Source: a virus (lineage: Duplodnaviria > Caudoviricetes). Taken from it: a stretch of 28,052 nt of DNA. The stretch is from IMG/VR virus record IMGVR_UViG_3300020042_010636, positions 1 to 28,052 of that record, one strand, 5' to 3'. This document shows, in pieces, positions 24,132 through 28,052 of the stretch. The notes under the pieces are model-generated. The model was not told the DNA's origin, did no database searches, and saw nothing but the letters and a program-made list of their open reading frames with translations. How positions within the stretch are numbered: the stretch's first letter is position 1; the number at the start of each line of letters is the position of its first letter. The position numbers and the translations under genes are program-made.

Positions 24132-25625
24132 TTAAGGGTTTGTGTCCTGGGCTGGGGCTTCCGGCTGTGGCATTTCATCCATCTGCGCTTCAGCAGCTGT
24201 GGGTTTGCCCTGTCCCTGTTGAAGCCAATTAAAGCCAGGTTTATAAAGTGTCCAAAGTGGTATGCCTTCCTTTTCAGCAAGCTGCATAATAAACTTAAAG
24301 TCAGCAGCCCGCTTAGTCATTTCTGTGCGCAGGTCTAATCCACGCTGGGCATAAAGCTCAGACATAGACAGCAGACCTAATTCAACATCAGCCCGGTCAG
24401 CAGCTGCATCCCTACCAGCATCAATGGTTAGGCGCTTAGGGGTAGTCCAAGAAACCTTGAACCAATCAGGGCTGTCAGGCAATTCACCCCGGTCAATCAT
24501 ACTGCCTACCACATAAAGATAGACAGGTGTGCAAAGCTTCTCAATCAGGATGACCTGCCACCGGGAAAAAATTCTGTCAGCCTTGGCTGCAATTAAACGC
24601 AAAGCAGCTCCCCCTGCGCCACCAGGATTGGAGGTAAATTCATAAGGGATTGTTCCCCGGGCAATGTCTTTCTGCACTGCTTCTAGGAAGGCTACAAAAT
24701 TATTGTTTGGACGATTTGAACCAATGCTAGTTAGGCTTTCACCAGGTTCTAGCACAGCAAGTTTGCCACCTAGTTTTCTGGACAGCACTTCACCATTACT
24801 ACCAGACCCACCCAATTCATCCTTAAGCTGACCAGCCACAAAGCCACCTTGCTTCTGCAACACCCTAGTAAAATCCGCATCATTTTGAACAGCCAACATT
24901 TCCAATTTAAGTAGCTCATCCTCACTTTGAATGTCTGCCCAGCTGTGCTGAAGCATTGGCAATCCCCGGCTACCACTAGAATAATCCTGTTCACAAATCT
25001 GCCGGACAGAAGATGCGGGCAATAGTTTGCTTTTGCCTGTGCCTTCCAGGATGTTAAATGCTTTGATGCGCCCAACACTGTCAAACTGCACCCCATCAAT
25101 CATCCCAGCCGGGATGGGTTCACCAGGGGGATTGCCCACCCTATGCCCTTCAACCATTTGGATTTTAGGCATCCCTTCTTCATCATTAACTAAAATGGCA
25201 AAGCTATCACCATCCCGTATAGCACCCCTAAGCAGGATGCGCTGGATTTCTACCCAGGTAAATTTACCGGATAGGTCTAGGGTCTTAGCAGCCTGGGTGA
25301 AGGCTTCTTCATAAAGTGCAGCCTTAGCTGCATCAGAACAATTTGATTGATGAGTAATGCCAGCTTCACCTGCGACATAAGTAACAAAGTCACCAAAGAT
25401 TTGGCGCACCAGCCCACAGTTTCTTTCACCATAGCGAAGGCGTTTAATCATTTCCAGCCGGTCAGCCGGGGTGTAGTCAGCACTGAAATCTACAGCTGTG
25501 CCATAGACAGCAGCCCGGTTACCATTATTCTGGATGCTAGTAAACTGCTGTGTGCCAGCCAGCTTCTTAGGCTGGTTGCTGTCTGCTGTGACTTTAGGTG
25601 TTCCCTGTGGTTTCTTCTTAGGCAT
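24132..25625 (-). CDS. portal protein, lambda family
   Basis: 497 aa; RDGDSF, DGVQFD and RGLP motifs; between gpW-like and protease genes. Confidence 0.85.
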   Translation of the reverse strand: MPKKKPQGTPKVTADSNQPKKLAGTQQFTSIQNNGNRAAVYGTAVDFSADYTPADRLEMIKRLRYGERNCGLVRQIFGDFVTYVAGEAGITHQSNCSDAAKAALYEEAFTQAAKTLDLSGKFTWVEIQRILLRGAIRDGDSFAILVNDEEGMPKIQMVEGHRVGNPPGEPIPAGMIDGVQFDSVGRIKAFNILEGTGKSKLLPASSVRQICEQDYSSGSRGLPMLQHSWADIQSEDELLKLEMLAVQNDADFTRVLQKQGGFVAGQLKDELGGSGSNGEVLSRKLGGKLAVLEPGESLTSIGSNRPNNNFVAFLEAVQKDIARGTIPYEFTSNPGGAGGAALRLIAAKADRIFSRWQVILIEKLCTPVYLYVVGSMIDRGELPDSPDWFKVSWTTPKRLTIDAGRDAAADRADVELGLLSMSELYAQRGLDLRTEMTKRAADFKFIMQLAEKEGIPLWTLYKPGFNWLQQGQGKPTAAEAQMDEMPQPEAPAQDTNP

Positions 25626-25631
25626 AAAAGG

Positions 25632-25886
25632 CTAGTCAATTAGGTTATCATATTTCTGGATGATAACTGTAGTGCGCTCACCATAGGTGGCACTGTCTGC
25701 AACAGATAGGGCAAAGGTGGTTTCTAGATACCTTTCCTTTGCTGGCATTGTGATGGATTTGCCAACAGATGTGCCACTGTCAGAATAATTGATGGTGACA
25801 ACCCCGGTAGTTAACTCAGCCAAAGCTGCATCCCGCATAGCCACTAGGGTGTTTACAGGGATGCCTATGAAGATGCCTGAAGCCAT
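25632..25886 (-). CDS. gpW-like head-tail joining protein
   Basis: Small ORF between terminase and portal; start reassigned to ATG 25886 (MASGIF). Confidence 0.6.
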   Translation of the reverse strand: MASGIFIGIPVNTLVAMRDAALAELTTGVVTINYSDSGTSVGKSITMPAKERYLETTFALSVADSATYGERTTVIIQKYDNLID

Positions 25887-25892
25887 TTGAAT

Positions 25893-25907
25893 TGCACCAT
25901 TAGTCAA
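25893..25907 (-). promoter_or_regulatory. late-gene motif TTGAC-N6-TGCA
   Basis: TTGACTAATGGTGCA, 6 nt before ATG 25886. Confidence 0.5.
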
Positions 25908-25925
25908 TTAGTGGTGAAAGCCAGG

Positions 25926-27767
25926 TTAGCCGGTCTGGTCATTGCCTTCAGGCTTAGGGTCATCAGGCACTGCTTCTGTGGCTTCCCTACCAATGATGCC
26001 CCAGCGCACTGCCAGGATAAGACCCATAAGCGCACAATCCCAGGCGTGGTTGCCCTGGGTCTTACCGGCTGGCATTATCCAATGTGGCTTCCCTGTCCGG
26101 CTATCCTTCACCCGCACTTCAGCTGTTAGCTGTTGCACATATTCATCCGGCACATTTCTGGGGTAGGTATGCAGTCTGCGTTTCTGCAAGCCACTTAGGA
26201 AATCCTTTGTGGGTAGGTTTCCCCACACAATCATTTCACATCTGCGTTGCTGACCAGGAATAAAGATGAGCTGCTTATCAGAATAAAATCGTTTGGTAGT
26301 TTTACCCCCACCATCCTGCACTGAGAAGTCAGCCTGACCACTACCCCTTAAAGCCTTCCATCCCCGGCTGGCACACTGCGCATAGACTTCCTGGGTCTGG
26401 TCACCACAGTCAACCCCCACCAGGGCTTTGTTTACCTGGTGCAGTTTAACCAGGTCATCAATCTGTTGCCAGGTTTCAAGTTTGCCATACCACCTTAACC
26501 GGCTGTGACCGGTCTTAGCCCATCCCCGCACTTCAGCCCAGAAGTGTCCCCGCTGCACATCTACGGAAACTGTCCGGAAGGGGATTGAACCATCAGGGAT
26601 GTTGGCACTGTGAATGTCCACCACCCTGGCTTCAGGCGTTAACTTGGCTTCTAAATCCCACACATCATCTAAGGCATAATCACCTGCCTGGGCTTGGGCA
26701 GAAATCTCACCCCCATCTTCTGACCAGGGCTGTGCCATCCGCTTCATTTTCCATATCCGCCTGGGTTCATCATCCCCATATAGGTCTGCACTTTCTTTAG
26801 CCTTTAGCAGCCGGACACCTTCTTTTCCAAAGCTGCTATTGCACAAACAATTCCAATGAAGCCCAATGCTTCCCCAGCTGCTAGCCTGGGTGGTAGCCCG
26901 GAAGCCAGCACCCCGGTCAATCCGGTTAGCTTCTGCCCTAACCCCAGGGCTATCCTTCAGCCGGGTATGGCAGCTGCAACATTCATAGGTTGTGCCGGTT
27001 TCAACCTTCTGGAAATCCCACATCCCACCCACCTTGGCATCATCCGGAAAGCGCACATAATCCCACAGCCAGGGCTGGACAAAGGAACAGGCAGGGCAGC
27101 TGAAGCACCACTGCATCTGGTTAGTGCCATTGTGCAAGGTGTGGAATTCATCACCCACTGTCCCAGCCTGTGACATAATAATTACCCGCCCCATAAAGCT
27201 GAAGCTTTGGGTTCGTGCCATTGCTTCTGCTATGTGTCCCCTAGGCACTAACCAGGCTTCATCAATAATCACTGTGCGCAGGGAAAGGCGTTGCAGGTTG
27301 TTTTCATTCCAAGCCCCCCGGCAGTAAACTGTTACCCCATTGCTGAAGTCAGCCACTGTGCTTTTATCATTGTCCCCTTCAGCCAGCATTGCTTGCACCA
27401 CCGGTGTCTGCTTCCACAATGGTCTGACATAGCGCAGGAAGAAATCCTTTGCTTCAGGGTCATTGGCTTGCAGCATCATAAAGGGTGCGGGTGCATTGAT
27501 GATTTGCCAGATGGAATAAAGCCTAGCAAACAATGACTTCCCAGATTGGGTGCTAGCCAGGATGGTTAGCAGTTTGGTTTCTGGGTCAGTGGCAATGCGT
27601 AAGGCTTCAGCAATCCAGGGTGTCCGGTTAAGGTTAAGCCTTCCCCTGATTGGGCTGTCGGGAACATCATTCACATTGTCCTGAAGCCACTGCACTACAT
27701 CCCCTGAATAACTAGGTTTGATAATAGTTTGGGCTGCTTCAATCAGCTTTGCTTCCTGGTCTGTCAT
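25926..27767 (-). CDS. terminase large subunit, GpA family
   Basis: RTPW, Walker A STQSGKS, Walker B VIIDE, CPAC Zn motif, VDVQ and NHAWDC nuclease motifs. Confidence 0.92.
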   Translation of the reverse strand: MTDQEAKLIEAAQTIIKPSYSGDVVQWLQDNVNDVPDSPIRGRLNLNRTPWIAEALRIATDPETKLLTILASTQSGKSLFARLYSIWQIINAPAPFMMLQANDPEAKDFFLRYVRPLWKQTPVVQAMLAEGDNDKSTVADFSNGVTVYCRGAWNENNLQRLSLRTVIIDEAWLVPRGHIAEAMARTQSFSFMGRVIIMSQAGTVGDEFHTLHNGTNQMQWCFSCPACSFVQPWLWDYVRFPDDAKVGGMWDFQKVETGTTYECCSCHTRLKDSPGVRAEANRIDRGAGFRATTQASSWGSIGLHWNCLCNSSFGKEGVRLLKAKESADLYGDDEPRRIWKMKRMAQPWSEDGGEISAQAQAGDYALDDVWDLEAKLTPEARVVDIHSANIPDGSIPFRTVSVDVQRGHFWAEVRGWAKTGHSRLRWYGKLETWQQIDDLVKLHQVNKALVGVDCGDQTQEVYAQCASRGWKALRGSGQADFSVQDGGGKTTKRFYSDKQLIFIPGQQRRCEMIVWGNLPTKDFLSGLQKRRLHTYPRNVPDEYVQQLTAEVRVKDSRTGKPHWIMPAGKTQGNHAWDCALMGLILAVRWGIIGREATEAVPDDPKPEGNDQTG

Positions 27768-28052
27768 AGCTTGGATGTGGCTAGAAACTTCCGGGCTTCA
27801 AGTGTCCACTTCTGCAAAGCCTTCTGCGCTACTTCCGGTCTGTCTGGGTTACAGGCTTCAGCTGCTTCTAATTCTAACTTATCCAATTTCTGAACCACCC
27901 TGGCTGTCCAGGCTTCAATGACTGTCTGGGCTTCTGTGGTCTTAATATAATCCCGGGCTTCTATTGCCCTTTTCTTTTCCTCATCTTCCAGGTCAATCAG
28001 GGTCTTAAGGCTTTGGTTATAGGCTGATTGAAGTTTAGACTGCGCTGGGTCT
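27764..28052 (-). CDS. probable terminase small subunit, C-terminal part (partial)
   Basis: Hand translation ...DPAQSKLQSAYNQSLKTLIDLEDEEKKRAIEARDYI...FLATSKL*; ATGA overlap with the large terminase start; helical. Confidence 0.65.
   Translation of the reverse strand, partial: DPAQSKLQSAYNQSLKTLIDLEDEEKKRAIEARDYIKTTEAQTVIEAWTARVVQKLDKLELEAAEACNPDRPEVAQKALQKWTLEARKFLATSKL

Noticed and set aside
19721-25907. Late motif as a sigma54 (-24/-12) promoter
   Set aside because: It lacks the invariant GG, and the spacing is TG-N9-GC or shorter rather than GG-N10-GC.
405-27921. Plus-strand ORFs in the track (e.g. 21673-22386, 3405-3863, 20697-21095)
   Set aside because: All are antisense to well-supported minus-strand genes, show no recognisable motifs and read like shadow frames.

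Overview
This window is most of a small tailed dsDNA phage genome (lambda-like head module, short non-contractile tail). All credible genes lie on the minus strand. In transcription order (right to left) it holds: terminase small subunit (partial), GpA-type large terminase, gpW-like protein, lambda-family portal, S49 protease, scaffold-containing gene, major capsid, neck and tail genes, short tape measure, tail tip and fibre, and a membrane/lysis cluster. Next come an array of small 'early' genes separated by repeated promoter and leader sequences, then ATP-dependent DNA ligase, secreted lysozyme-fold enzyme, RuvC-like resolvase, tRNA-Thr(UGU), ERF recombinase, PD-(D/E)XK exonuclease, putative SSB, C5 DNA methyltransferase with a second ORF nested in another frame, a DnaB-N/RepA-type helicase and a palindrome cluster. 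No integrase or repressor is visible. The most notable signals are: (i) strong, context-specific CG and palindrome avoidance that spares CCGG/GCGC and is relaxed in the capsid gene; (ii) a nested EcoHK31I-beta-like methyltransferase subunit; (iii) a repeat-bounded early gene array; (iv) a compact TTGAC-N5/6-TGCA motif before late genes, with one copy inside a head gene that predicts a nested scaffold protein; (v) a lipoprotein-like, multi-TM spanin candidate. All family calls come from motif recognition by eye and all counts are hand counts; no database search was run.
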